A stretch of 23,654 nt of DNA from Simkaniaceae bacterium. GTDB lineage: Bacteria > Chlamydiota > Chlamydiia > Chlamydiales > JAJFMI01. Of the stretch, positions 7,679 through 16,151 are shown one piece after another; within the stretch, counting starts at the first letter, position 1; every line of letters starts with the position of its first letter. Made by a program: the position numbers and the translations under genes. The stretch is from the NCBI GenBank assembly GCA_040880145.1, contig JBBDIZ010000021.1, positions 1 to 23,654 of the forward strand, read 5' to 3'. The notes beneath the pieces are model-generated. The model saw only the letters and a list, made by a program, of their open reading frames with translations. It was not told the origin of the DNA and ran no database searches.

Positions 7679-8284
7679 ATGAAGAAAAGTAAAAACATTT
7701 TTAAGTCCTTGTTGCTGCTCGCCTTTCCCCTGCTGCTTACCCCCCTTTCTGCAAGCGAATTCAAAACAACCAGTCAAAATACAGAAATTATAGAATCACA
7801 AGTTTCTCAAATCGATGATTTTCTCGTTTTGATTCAGAAGCGTTTAGCTCTTACAGACTCTATCGCAAAGTGGAAGTGGAACCGTACTAGACCGATACTC
7901 AACGAGGAAGCAGAGCAAAAACTTTTGAATCAAGTTGCCGAAAAAGCAAGTGAAAAGGGTCTCAATCCTGAAAGTACAAAGCACTTTTTTCGAGATCAAA
8001 TCGAGGTGGCAAAACTGATCCAAATTTCCCACTTCGAAAACTGGAGCGAGGAAAAAGTCAGTAAACACGATGAAGATTTTGATTTAAATGAAGATTTAAT
8101 ACCTCAAATGCAAACAATAAACGAAGCTCTTTTATCAAAGCTTGTTTCGTTACAGCCTTTATTAGAAGAAAAAAGCGGCCAAGCTCTTCTTTATGAAAGA
8201 GCGCAAGTCGTACTTAAAGGGTATCCGAAGGAAGTAATTGATACATCCGTTCATTCTCTATTGGACCTTCAGCCTTCCAAATAG
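7679..8284 (+). CDS. aroQ: Secreted gamma-subclass chorismate mutase homologue (AroQ-gamma), possibly catalytically degenerate
   Basis: Signal peptide MKKSKNIFKSLLLLAFPLLLTPLSA; motifs LIQKRLAL..IAKWKW...PI and FFRDQIEVAKLIQ..F.NW; AGGAG RBS. Confidence 0.85.
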   Translation: MKKSKNIFKSLLLLAFPLLLTPLSASEFKTTSQNTEIIESQVSQIDDFLVLIQKRLALTDSIAKWKWNRTRPILNEEAEQKLLNQVAEKASEKGLNPESTKHFFRDQIEVAKLIQISHFENWSEEKVSKHDEDFDLNEDLIPQMQTINEALLSKLVSLQPLLEEKSGQALLYERAQVVLKGYPKEVIDTSVHSLLDLQPSK

Positions 8285-9635
8285 CTTGTTGAAGATGGGC
8301 TTGCTCTAAAAACATTTCAAAACCTGAAATGGTTATGCAGCCTTTCTTTTTTGCTTCTTTTAAGAGTTGAGTGGGTTCGGTGGAAATGACCGCATCAAAA
8401 ACAACTTTATTTCTCTGTAATTCATTTGCCGGAACCATTATTTCTTTTTCTACACTTCCAACCGGGGTGGCATTTACAAGAATATCGTAAGCATATTCTT
8501 TAAAGCGATCGAGCAAGCGGCGCTTCAGCATTCTCACCTCTGCGCCTCTTTTTTTTGCCTCATAGGCAATAGCTGACGCGCACCCCCCATCTCCTAAAAT
8601 AAGAATTTTTTTTGCCTGAACAGGCAAAACCTTTTCAATAGCTTCTAGCGCTCCATATCCATCGGTATTATACCCAATGCCTCCATGAAGGGTATTGACG
8701 GCCCCAATCTTTTCTGCAATGGGATCGATTCCTTTAAGATGTTTTCTAATTTCTCTTTTATGAGGAATTGTAACCGCCAGGCCCTTAAAAAAAGAGTGAA
8801 ATGAAAAAAACTCCGTAAGCTCTTCTTTTTGAACATCAATTTTTAAAAATAATTTATTCTCCCCTCTATTTGCAAAAGAGGCGTTATGAAAATTCGGTGA
8901 AGGGCTTTTTTCAATGGGCGTCCCTATAAGAGCGAAAAATTCAGCCTGACTTTCAAGCCTTTTAACTTGAAAAGTGTTCAGAACTTCTTGCGTTTTGAAA
9001 AGCCCAATTTCGGGGGACCCTTCATCACTAGAGTATAAAAAAGGGGCATTGAAAAAGGGCGACATCAACCTTCCAAATTGCCCCTTTAGTCCCATTGGAA
9101 TAGCTATAACATTTTTTTTCTGAAGTGCAATCAGCCTAAAAACATCAGTAATTGAAGAGGCAAAGCAGGCGATTTTTACAAAGTCAGGTTTTTTTCTCTC
9201 AATTTGGTGATAGATTCGATCGATATTTTCCGGAGTCGAGCTATAATTATGATAAGATAAAATGATTTTTGTTTTTTTTAGGCGTTTTTTTACACTTGCA
9301 AGAAAGGTTTCTGAAACGGTATGGGGAAGGTCGATAAAATCCGGGGGATAGAGCAAAAAATCTAAATCTTCCTCAACCAGTTTATAAAGTGTTGGAATTT
9401 GATGATCAAAGCAGAGCTTCATTAGCGCTAACCCACTCCCCTTTTTCATTTGATCTAATCTCAATTCAAATCGATCGATCTCATTTGAAGCTTTCAATAT
9501 TTTTTCCCAAGCTGTAAGATGAGACTCATCTGAAATAACATGGATTAGAGAGATGAAAGAACGTTTTTTCTCCCTTACCCCCCCGAAAGTCGAATTTTCA
9601 TTACACTTCGGATCGATCTTTTCGAGTCGATTCAT
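8214..9635 (-). CDS. aroDE: Bifunctional type I 3-dehydroquinate dehydratase / shikimate dehydrogenase (AroD-AroE fusion)
   Basis: N-terminal DHQase-I motifs ELRLD, IILSYHNY, VKIA and MG.KG..GR. C-terminal SDH motifs LIG.PI..S.SP.FHN, GLAVTIPHK, GAVNT, NTDGYG, LG.GG, VNATPVG and G.EMF.EQA. The start is uncertain because it overlaps aroB. Confidence 0.9.
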   Translation of the reverse strand: MNRLEKIDPKCNENSTFGGVREKKRSFISLIHVISDESHLTAWEKILKASNEIDRFELRLDQMKKGSGLALMKLCFDHQIPTLYKLVEEDLDFLLYPPDFIDLPHTVSETFLASVKKRLKKTKIILSYHNYSSTPENIDRIYHQIERKKPDFVKIACFASSITDVFRLIALQKKNVIAIPMGLKGQFGRLMSPFFNAPFLYSSDEGSPEIGLFKTQEVLNTFQVKRLESQAEFFALIGTPIEKSPSPNFHNASFANRGENKLFLKIDVQKEELTEFFSFHSFFKGLAVTIPHKREIRKHLKGIDPIAEKIGAVNTLHGGIGYNTDGYGALEAIEKVLPVQAKKILILGDGGCASAIAYEAKKRGAEVRMLKRRLLDRFKEYAYDILVNATPVGSVEKEIMVPANELQRNKVVFDAVISTEPTQLLKEAKKKGCITISGFEMFLEQAHLQQAIWKAEGPIENERMYQLLPSDTL

Positions 9636-10701
9636 AGAGCATCTCTCCTCCTATAAACGTATTGCGATCATCACGGATACAACCGTTAGAGAATTATATG
9701 GAAATTCATTTAAAAATCATCTTATCTCTTCGGGTTTTGATGCGTATCTCTTCGCTTTTACCTCGGGTGAAGAGAGGAAAAATCGAAATACAAAGCAAGA
9801 GATAGAGACATTCTTATTTGAAAATCACCACTTAAAAGAGGATCTCATTCTAGGTTTTGGCGGGGGCGTTGTTCTCGATATCGCGGGCTTTTTAGCTGCA
9901 ACTTTTTTAAGAGGATCTCCCTTTATCTTGCTGCCTACAACACTGCTTGCGATGTCAGATGCCTGTTTCGGTGGAAAAACAGGAGTAAACACTCCTTTTG
10001 GAAAAAATCTTATCGGCTCTTTAGCCTTTCCAAAGGCATTATGGATAGACACACAAATGCTCTTATCCCTAAAAGAGGCCCAACTTTTTGAGGGCGCAGT
10101 TGAAATGATCAAACACGCTCTCATCCTGGATCACTCTTTGTTCTCTCAAATGGAAGCGAGCCCCTATTTTTATCGTAATGCAGAGGGACTTTGCAAATGG
10201 ATTGAAAAAAGTCTGCTTCTCAAAGCTCAGATCGTTACAAAAGATCCCTTTGAACAAGGCATAAGAAAGCTATTGAATTTTGGCCATACGATTGGACATG
10301 CGCTTGAGAAAGTCTTTAATTATCAAATCTCTCATGGCCAATCAGTCGGAATAGGACTTATGGCAGAAAGCTGTTTAAGCTATCTCGAAGGCGATTTAGA
10401 CACCGAAAGCTATAAAAGAATTATTGAATTCATGTTGAATTTCAAAGAAAATCTTATTTTTCCATCGCTGCCATCTGTGGAAGCCTTATTTGAATATATG
10501 AGCTATGATAAAAAAGCCCGAAAGGGTACGCCTCGATTTGTTTTATTAAAAAGCATAGGCAATCCTGTTGAGGCAAATGGCGAATTTTGCCACACTGTCA
10601 GTCAAGAAAACCTTCAATCAACAATTAAATTATTATCAAATGGCCAAATTACTCATTTCAAAAAGTGTTATCAAGGGAACAACCTCTCCCCCTCCCTCTA
10701 A
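9553..10701 (+). CDS. aroB: 3-dehydroquinate synthase
   Basis: Motifs GEERK, GGGVVLDIAGFLAATFLRG, PTTLLAMSDACFGGKTGVN, EMIKHA, LNFGHTIGHALE and SHG. Confidence 0.95.
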   Translation: MKERFFSLTPPKVEFSLHFGSIFSSRFIEHLSSYKRIAIITDTTVRELYGNSFKNHLISSGFDAYLFAFTSGEERKNRNTKQEIETFLFENHHLKEDLILGFGGGVVLDIAGFLAATFLRGSPFILLPTTLLAMSDACFGGKTGVNTPFGKNLIGSLAFPKALWIDTQMLLSLKEAQLFEGAVEMIKHALILDHSLFSQMEASPYFYRNAEGLCKWIEKSLLLKAQIVTKDPFEQGIRKLLNFGHTIGHALEKVFNYQISHGQSVGIGLMAESCLSYLEGDLDTESYKRIIEFMLNFKENLIFPSLPSVEALFEYMSYDKKARKGTPRFVLLKSIGNPVEANGEFCHTVSQENLQSTIKLLSNGQITHFKKCYQGNNLSPSL

Positions 10702-11914
10702 ATCTCACTCCATTCGCGCTTTAGCCTTTGCCGCAGTCGCAAAAGGCAAAACTCGAATTCAAAATCCGCTAAATTCACCTGATGTCGATCGTATGGCAAA
10801 AGCCATTGCATTACTCGGCGCTAAAATTCAGAAAACACCAACGGAGATCATTGTTGAGGGAACAAACCACAAAATCATGCCTCCTGAAAAGTTTATCCAT
10901 ATTGGAAACTCAGGACTCGCTTATCGATTTGTTGCGGCACTGCTCACGCTTCAAGATCAACGTGTAGGCTATATTACAGGAGATGCTTCCATTCGGAAAA
11001 ACCGTCCTATTCTTCCTCTATTAACTGCAATTAGCCAGCTGCATGGAGACGCTTTTTCTCTTTTTCGTAATCAAGGAGCGCCCATTGGAATCAAAGGCCA
11101 CCTGAACCCTCGCGATATTATTATCGACGGCCAAGATTCCCAGCCGGTCTCCGCTCTTCTATTTGCCTGCGCATTTGGCCGAGGACCTTTCTATTTCAAG
11201 GTGGAAAACATACATGAAAGACCCTGGATTGATTTAACGCTGGATTGGTTTAAAAAGCGTAAGATTCGCTACGATGAACCCGAGCCCGGACACTTTTATA
11301 TTCCCGGAAACTCCCTTATCAAGGGATTCGATTATACGGTCCCTTCTGATTTTTCAAGTCTGTATTACCCCTTAGTCGCCTCTCTCATTACAAAAAGCTC
11401 CTTAACAATTGAAAAACTCGATTTTAAAGACTCTCAAGGAGATATAAAGCTCATTGAAATTCTTAAAAATCTTGGCGCTAAAATCCAATTAGAAGAGGAT
11501 CGCTTATACGTTGATGGATCGAGTTCAATCGATGGAGGTGTCATTGACGTCGACCCCTTTGTCGATCAACTTCCCTTGCTTGCTGTTTTAGGCTGCTATG
11601 CAAAGAATCCTCTAAAATTGATCAACGGCGCTATTTGCCGCTTCAAAGAGTCAGACCGGATCAAAATGATCAAAAAAGAACTTCGAAAAATGAATGCCAA
11701 AATCACAGAAAGCCCGGATGGACTTACGATCTATCCGTCATCTCTTTCCGGGGCAAATCTATCGAGTCACCGCGATCATCGAATTGCTCTATCTCTTGCA
11801 GTAGCAGCTCTTGGAGCTGAAACGCCGTCAGAAATTAAAGGGTTTGAATGTACAAAAAAAAGCTATCCGACCTTCATCCAAGACTTTCAAAGCTTAGGCG
11901 CTCATTTTGTCTAA
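10640..11914 (+). CDS. aroA: 3-phosphoshikimate 1-carboxyvinyltransferase (EPSP synthase)
   Basis: Motifs PPSKSHSIRA, GNSG..YRF, GD.SI..RPI, SQPVSALL, DFSS, KESDRI, DHRIA and KSYPTF. Likely start is the ATG at 10640 (MAKLLISKS); the ORF track extends to 10568. Confidence 0.95.
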   Translation: MAKLLISKSVIKGTTSPPPSKSHSIRALAFAAVAKGKTRIQNPLNSPDVDRMAKAIALLGAKIQKTPTEIIVEGTNHKIMPPEKFIHIGNSGLAYRFVAALLTLQDQRVGYITGDASIRKNRPILPLLTAISQLHGDAFSLFRNQGAPIGIKGHLNPRDIIIDGQDSQPVSALLFACAFGRGPFYFKVENIHERPWIDLTLDWFKKRKIRYDEPEPGHFYIPGNSLIKGFDYTVPSDFSSLYYPLVASLITKSSLTIEKLDFKDSQGDIKLIEILKNLGAKIQLEEDRLYVDGSSSIDGGVIDVDPFVDQLPLLAVLGCYAKNPLKLINGAICRFKESDRIKMIKKELRKMNAKITESPDGLTIYPSSLSGANLSSHRDHRIALSLAVAALGAETPSEIKGFECTKKSYPTFIQDFQSLGAHFV

Positions 11915-12428
11915 CATCTTTTTCTATGGATTAAAAAGTGTAGGAAAAAGCACCTGGGGGAAACGTCTTGCCCACAAATTAAAACGCCCCTTCATAGATA
12001 GCGACAAAGAAGTGGAAAACGCCTTTGAAAAGCAGAAAGGCTACCCGCTTTCCTGCCGAGAGATCTTTAATCAATTTGGGGAACTTTTTTTTCGAAATCT
12101 TGAAAAAGAGGTCATCGCTGAGCTTGTAAAACATCAAAATACGATTATAGCTCTCGGAGGCGGCTCTTTGCTCAATCAGAAAAATTGGGATGAAATCAAA
12201 GAAGCCGGACTCTTTTTTTATCTTCACCTTGAAAAGTGGGCGCTTGAAAAACGTCTTTTTAAAACTCCTTTGCCTTTTTTCATTACCAAAGAGACCTTTG
12301 ATCAATATTATCAAGAGCAAACAAAACTCTATCGAAGCTTAAGTTCTATTCACATCGATTTAACAACTTTATCCGATGAAATGATCATAAAAAAAATCAT
12401 TAAAAGGGTTTTAGAAAATGGGAAGTAA
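11907..12428 (+). CDS. aroK: Shikimate kinase
   Basis: Walker A GLKSVGKST, FIDSD, GE..FR.LE and IIALGGG. TTG start overlaps the aroA stop. Confidence 0.92.
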   Translation: MSNIFFYGLKSVGKSTWGKRLAHKLKRPFIDSDKEVENAFEKQKGYPLSCREIFNQFGELFFRNLEKEVIAELVKHQNTIIALGGGSLLNQKNWDEIKEAGLFFYLHLEKWALEKRLFKTPLPFFITKETFDQYYQEQTKLYRSLSSIHIDLTTLSDEMIIKKIIKRVLENGK

Positions 12429-13509
12429 TCAATTTGGAGAACTTTTTAAAGTCATGACCTGGGGAGAATCCCACGGAAGAGCCATTGGAGCTGTGATTGA
12501 TGGTTGTCCGGCAAACCTTGAAATCACAGAACAAGAAATTCAAGCAAAACTCGATAAGAGAAAACCCGGGAATTCTCCTTTTACAACCCCTCGCAAGGAG
12601 CCGGATACTGTAGAAATCTTATCTGGTGTTTTTCAGAATAAAACCCTTGGAACCCCCATTTCACTCATCATCTACAATAGAGATGTCAATAGCTCAAGTT
12701 ATGAAAAACTGAAAGAGCTTCTAAGACCCGGTCATGCCGACTACACCTATCGAGAAAAATATGGCCACCACGACTACCGAGGAGGCTCTCGAGCCTCTGC
12801 CCGAGAAACCGCTGTCCGTGTGGCTGCAGGAGCTATTGCAGAGAAATTACTCCTCCATTTTGGAATACGTCTTTCTGCCTATATCATTCAAATTGGAAGT
12901 GTTTTTGCAAACGTTAAAGAGACCCCATTTGAGGAAATTGAAGCCGGTCTTCAAAAAAGCGCGCTTTTTTGTCCTGATCAGAGAGCAGAATTCGCTATGA
13001 TCGAAGAGCTGACTCAAATTAAAGAGGAAAGAGATTCTTTAGGGGGAGCAATTGAGCTCATCTCCACTCCCCTTCCCGTCGGTCTTGGAGATCCTATTTT
13101 TCAAAAACTCGAAGCCAATCTTGCTAATGCCATGCTGAGCATCCCCGCCTGTAAAGCCTTTGAAATCGGCTCGGGATTTGAAGCAGCTTCTATGAAAGGA
13201 TCAGAGCACAATGATCCCTTTATCCATGAAATGGGAAAGGTTAAAACAGCGACAAACCATGCAGGCGGCATTTTAGGCGGCATCTCAAACGGAATGCCCT
13301 TAAAGATTCGAGTGGCATTCAAACCCCCGTCAAGCATTGGAAGACCCATTCAAACTCTCACAACCAAAAACCAAAAAGCGCTAATCACACAACCGAAATC
13401 AGCACGCCACGATCCTTGTGTTGTGGTGCGCGCTGTACCCGTTGTCAAGGCGATGTGCGCTTTAACTTTAGCTGACGCTTTACTTCTTAGAAAAACGGCT
13501 GTTTTGTAA
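12418..13509 (+). CDS. aroC: Chorismate synthase
   Basis: Motifs TWGESHG, RPGHAD, RGGSRASARETA.RVAAG, N..GG.LGGISNG, KPPSSI and RHDPC. Confidence 0.96.
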   Translation: MGSNQFGELFKVMTWGESHGRAIGAVIDGCPANLEITEQEIQAKLDKRKPGNSPFTTPRKEPDTVEILSGVFQNKTLGTPISLIIYNRDVNSSSYEKLKELLRPGHADYTYREKYGHHDYRGGSRASARETAVRVAAGAIAEKLLLHFGIRLSAYIIQIGSVFANVKETPFEEIEAGLQKSALFCPDQRAEFAMIEELTQIKEERDSLGGAIELISTPLPVGLGDPIFQKLEANLANAMLSIPACKAFEIGSGFEAASMKGSEHNDPFIHEMGKVKTATNHAGGILGGISNGMPLKIRVAFKPPSSIGRPIQTLTTKNQKALITQPKSARHDPCVVVRAVPVVKAMCALTLADALLLRKTAVL

Positions 13510-15339
13510 AAATGTTTCATAAAGATAACTCAGCTCTTTTAAAAAAGGCGTTTCTGATTCACTTGAATGATTAAAAACCTCAACTCTATTTTCACAAAAA
13601 CGTCCCCTCAATACCATTTGATCCATTTGAATTTGAAATTCTTCCGGCGTATGGCTCCAGGCATTTTGAACTGAAAGAATCGAGCTGGGATCTTTTTCAA
13701 TGACAGAATCTCCGTCGACAAGATCATCGAATTGACTAGAGCCAAACAGAGAATGGATTAAAGTTGGAAATATTTGAATATGAGATCCAAGTTTATAGCG
13801 CTTCCTTCTTTTACTACTAAGCTTCATAATAATAGGTGCTGAAAGCTGCTCTTGACTGAGCTGCGTTGCATGAAACAGCTGGCCATGCTCATAAAATTCC
13901 TCGCCATGATCTCCCGTAAAAACAATTTGCGCCTCTTCATAAAGCTCTCTTTTTTTAAGAGTATTCACAACTTTTCCAAAAAGATGATCACAAAAATAGA
14001 TCGCATTTTTGTAACGATTTTTTAATCGATCGAGATCTTTGATATTTGATAAAGCATAAAGAAGATTGACATCGGATGCATAAGGGGTAAAAGGAGCCTC
14101 AAACGAGGGAGGCCAACTATAGTTAAAATGAGTCGAATCTAAGAAAATGATAAAAAGTTGTCCTTTTTCTAAATGCTTTTCTTGAATATCCGTCACGACT
14201 TGATCTATGACTTCTAAATCCGATTCATAAGGCTGTTTAGGGTGATAGTGAGGCGATAAAAAGGAGAAATCGACAAGCTGCCTTTCTGCACCAAAGATCA
14301 ACTCATCCATTCCGTAATATTTCAGCTGCGCTGCTGAATAAAGGCGAATCTGATAGCCTTTTTTCTTTAATGCCTGCAAAGCCAAACTCCCTGATTTCCA
14401 ATTTTTTTGGCTTTTTTCAACCCATTTAAAAGGATGCTCAGAATGAAAAATAGCAAACCAGGAAAGATGCGTTGCATTGGCATTTGAAAGAGATTTCTCA
14501 AAAAAAATGCTCTCCTTTTTCATTAAAGAGAGATTCGGGGCCGTCTCATTCGTGATGTAATCATCACGCAGGCTTTCCGAGACAAAAAAGTAAATGTTTG
14601 GAAGCCCTTCTTCTTTTGTAATTTTAAGGTTGTCGAGCTTGATTAAAGCCTCCTCTTCTTCTTGAGAGCCTTTTAAAAGACCTTGAAACAAAATCTCTTC
14701 ATTTTTAGGAGAGAAAAAGGCCTGCTTCCAAGGCAGCACCTTTTGAAAGGATAAGTAGTCAGCACGACTCAAATGAGTTATATCAAAAACAACCATAAAA
14801 AGAGGAAGAACCACTAAAACAGAGAGAAGTTTCTTCGAAGGAAATTGAATGAAGTTCTGTTTTGAAATCTTTTCGCAGAATTTATAAAAAATAATTCCAA
14901 CAAAAGGGATTGAAATGACAAGAGGAACCAATAAAAAAAAGGCCCCAAGAGGAAGCCCTGAAAGCTGAATTAATTCGATAAAGTTCTCCATGCTTTCATT
15001 AAAAATAAAAGCATCTAAAGCCTTCCAAACAGAGATATTACTCAACCTGATCGTGACAAAATCAATAAAGCGACTTAAGAACCAGACAAAACAAAAACCG
15101 ATAAAAAGCGTAAACACCCCAGTTTTAAATCGTTTTTTCAAAATATGACCTAAGTAACCTAAAACAAGAATTTCAAGCGTGATTTGAGCTAAAGAATAAA
15201 TAAGGAAAAAGACTTTTGTAGAGCTCGATGAGTGTTGAATCATGAAGACATGATGAGCCGTAAGCAGTGTTAAAAAGAGAAAAAAAAGAGTAAAAAAAAG
15301 GGTATTTATCGGGGTCTGTTTGCTCAAATCGGCCTCCAA
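13480..15339 (-). CDS. Membrane-anchored sulfatase-like hydrolase/transferase (YejM/PbgA or LTA-synthase superfamily)
   Basis: About 5 N-terminal TM segments, then an alkaline-phosphatase-superfamily domain with PNIYFFVSESLRDD, SNANAT, FLDSTHFNY, YKNAIYFCD and TGDHGEEFYEHG. TTG start. Confidence 0.82.
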   Translation of the reverse strand: MEADLSKQTPINTLFFTLFFLFLTLLTAHHVFMIQHSSSSTKVFFLIYSLAQITLEILVLGYLGHILKKRFKTGVFTLFIGFCFVWFLSRFIDFVTIRLSNISVWKALDAFIFNESMENFIELIQLSGLPLGAFFLLVPLVISIPFVGIIFYKFCEKISKQNFIQFPSKKLLSVLVVLPLFMVVFDITHLSRADYLSFQKVLPWKQAFFSPKNEEILFQGLLKGSQEEEEALIKLDNLKITKEEGLPNIYFFVSESLRDDYITNETAPNLSLMKKESIFFEKSLSNANATHLSWFAIFHSEHPFKWVEKSQKNWKSGSLALQALKKKGYQIRLYSAAQLKYYGMDELIFGAERQLVDFSFLSPHYHPKQPYESDLEVIDQVVTDIQEKHLEKGQLFIIFLDSTHFNYSWPPSFEAPFTPYASDVNLLYALSNIKDLDRLKNRYKNAIYFCDHLFGKVVNTLKKRELYEEAQIVFTGDHGEEFYEHGQLFHATQLSQEQLSAPIIMKLSSKRRKRYKLGSHIQIFPTLIHSLFGSSQFDDLVDGDSVIEKDPSSILSVQNAWSHTPEEFQIQMDQMVLRGRFCENRVEVFNHSSESETPFLKELSYLYETFLQNSRFSKK

Positions 15340-15360
15340 GCCTTTTATCCAAATAATTTA

Positions 15361-15389
15361 TTTACTTGTCAATGAAGAGGTGCTAGATT
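15361..15389 (+). promoter_or_regulatory. Putative promoter for the 15396 gene (near-leaderless)
   Basis: TTTACT (15361-15366)-N17-TAGATT (15384-15389) with a TG extension at 15381-15382; the ATG starts 7 nt downstream. Confidence 0.4.
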
Positions 15390-15395
15390 GAAAAT

Positions 15396-16151
15396 ATGGG
15401 AAAATTAATAAAATGGCTTTTACTCCTTTTTGTCATTCTCTTTATTCTGGCATTTTTTGCTTGGAACATGCTTCCAACTTGGGTGGCCTCTACACTTTCG
15501 AAACGCGCAGGTGTCACCGTTTCCATCGGAGATCTGCGTCCTGATCTTCATTCGATTACGATCGATAATTTTTATGTCGGCAACCCAAGGGGCCGCGTTC
15601 TTCCAAGAGCTCTTTTCGTACAGCGTACCTTTGCAAAGGTTCCCATTACAGAGTTTTTGAATCAAGACATTGTAATCCCTTACATGAATTTGCAAAACAT
15701 TTATGTTGGAGTTGAGTTTGACAATCGAAACAGCCAAAGGGGAAATTGGACGCAAATTATGGGCACCCTTTCTCAATCGGTCGGCCCCAAAACAAAAGAC
15801 AAGCGGAATCAACATCGCACCGTCTTAATCCAAAGGCTGCTTCTTGAAAACCTCAACATCGAGCTTGCTTATACAAATGAGCGCGGCAAGACAACCCGCC
15901 TAAAGCCGATACAGCGCATTGAACTTAAAAATGTAAGTAGTGAAGGGGGAATTCCGACAGCTCAAATTATGGATATCATCATTAAGCAAGCTTTAAGGGA
16001 GATCTTCAGTATTGAAAATTTGCAAAACATGCTTCAAAACATCTTAGCTCCTGACAAGAAAGGAGGCATTCGAGGCCTTAAGGGGCTTTTTGGAGAAAAC
16101 GAAATAAAAGGCCAAGTGGATGAAGAAGAAAGTCGCATTACATCAAATTGA
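15396..16151 (+). CDS. Membrane-anchored AsmA-like / conserved hypothetical protein
   Basis: N-terminal TM anchor followed by beta-rich segments (GVTVSIG, ITIDNFYVGNP, IVIPYMNLQNIYVGVE, GNW..I) typical of AsmA-like N-terminal domains. Confidence 0.6.
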   Translation: MGKLIKWLLLLFVILFILAFFAWNMLPTWVASTLSKRAGVTVSIGDLRPDLHSITIDNFYVGNPRGRVLPRALFVQRTFAKVPITEFLNQDIVIPYMNLQNIYVGVEFDNRNSQRGNWTQIMGTLSQSVGPKTKDKRNQHRTVLIQRLLLENLNIELAYTNERGKTTRLKPIQRIELKNVSSEGGIPTAQIMDIIIKQALREIFSIENLQNMLQNILAPDKKGGIRGLKGLFGENEIKGQVDEEESRITSN

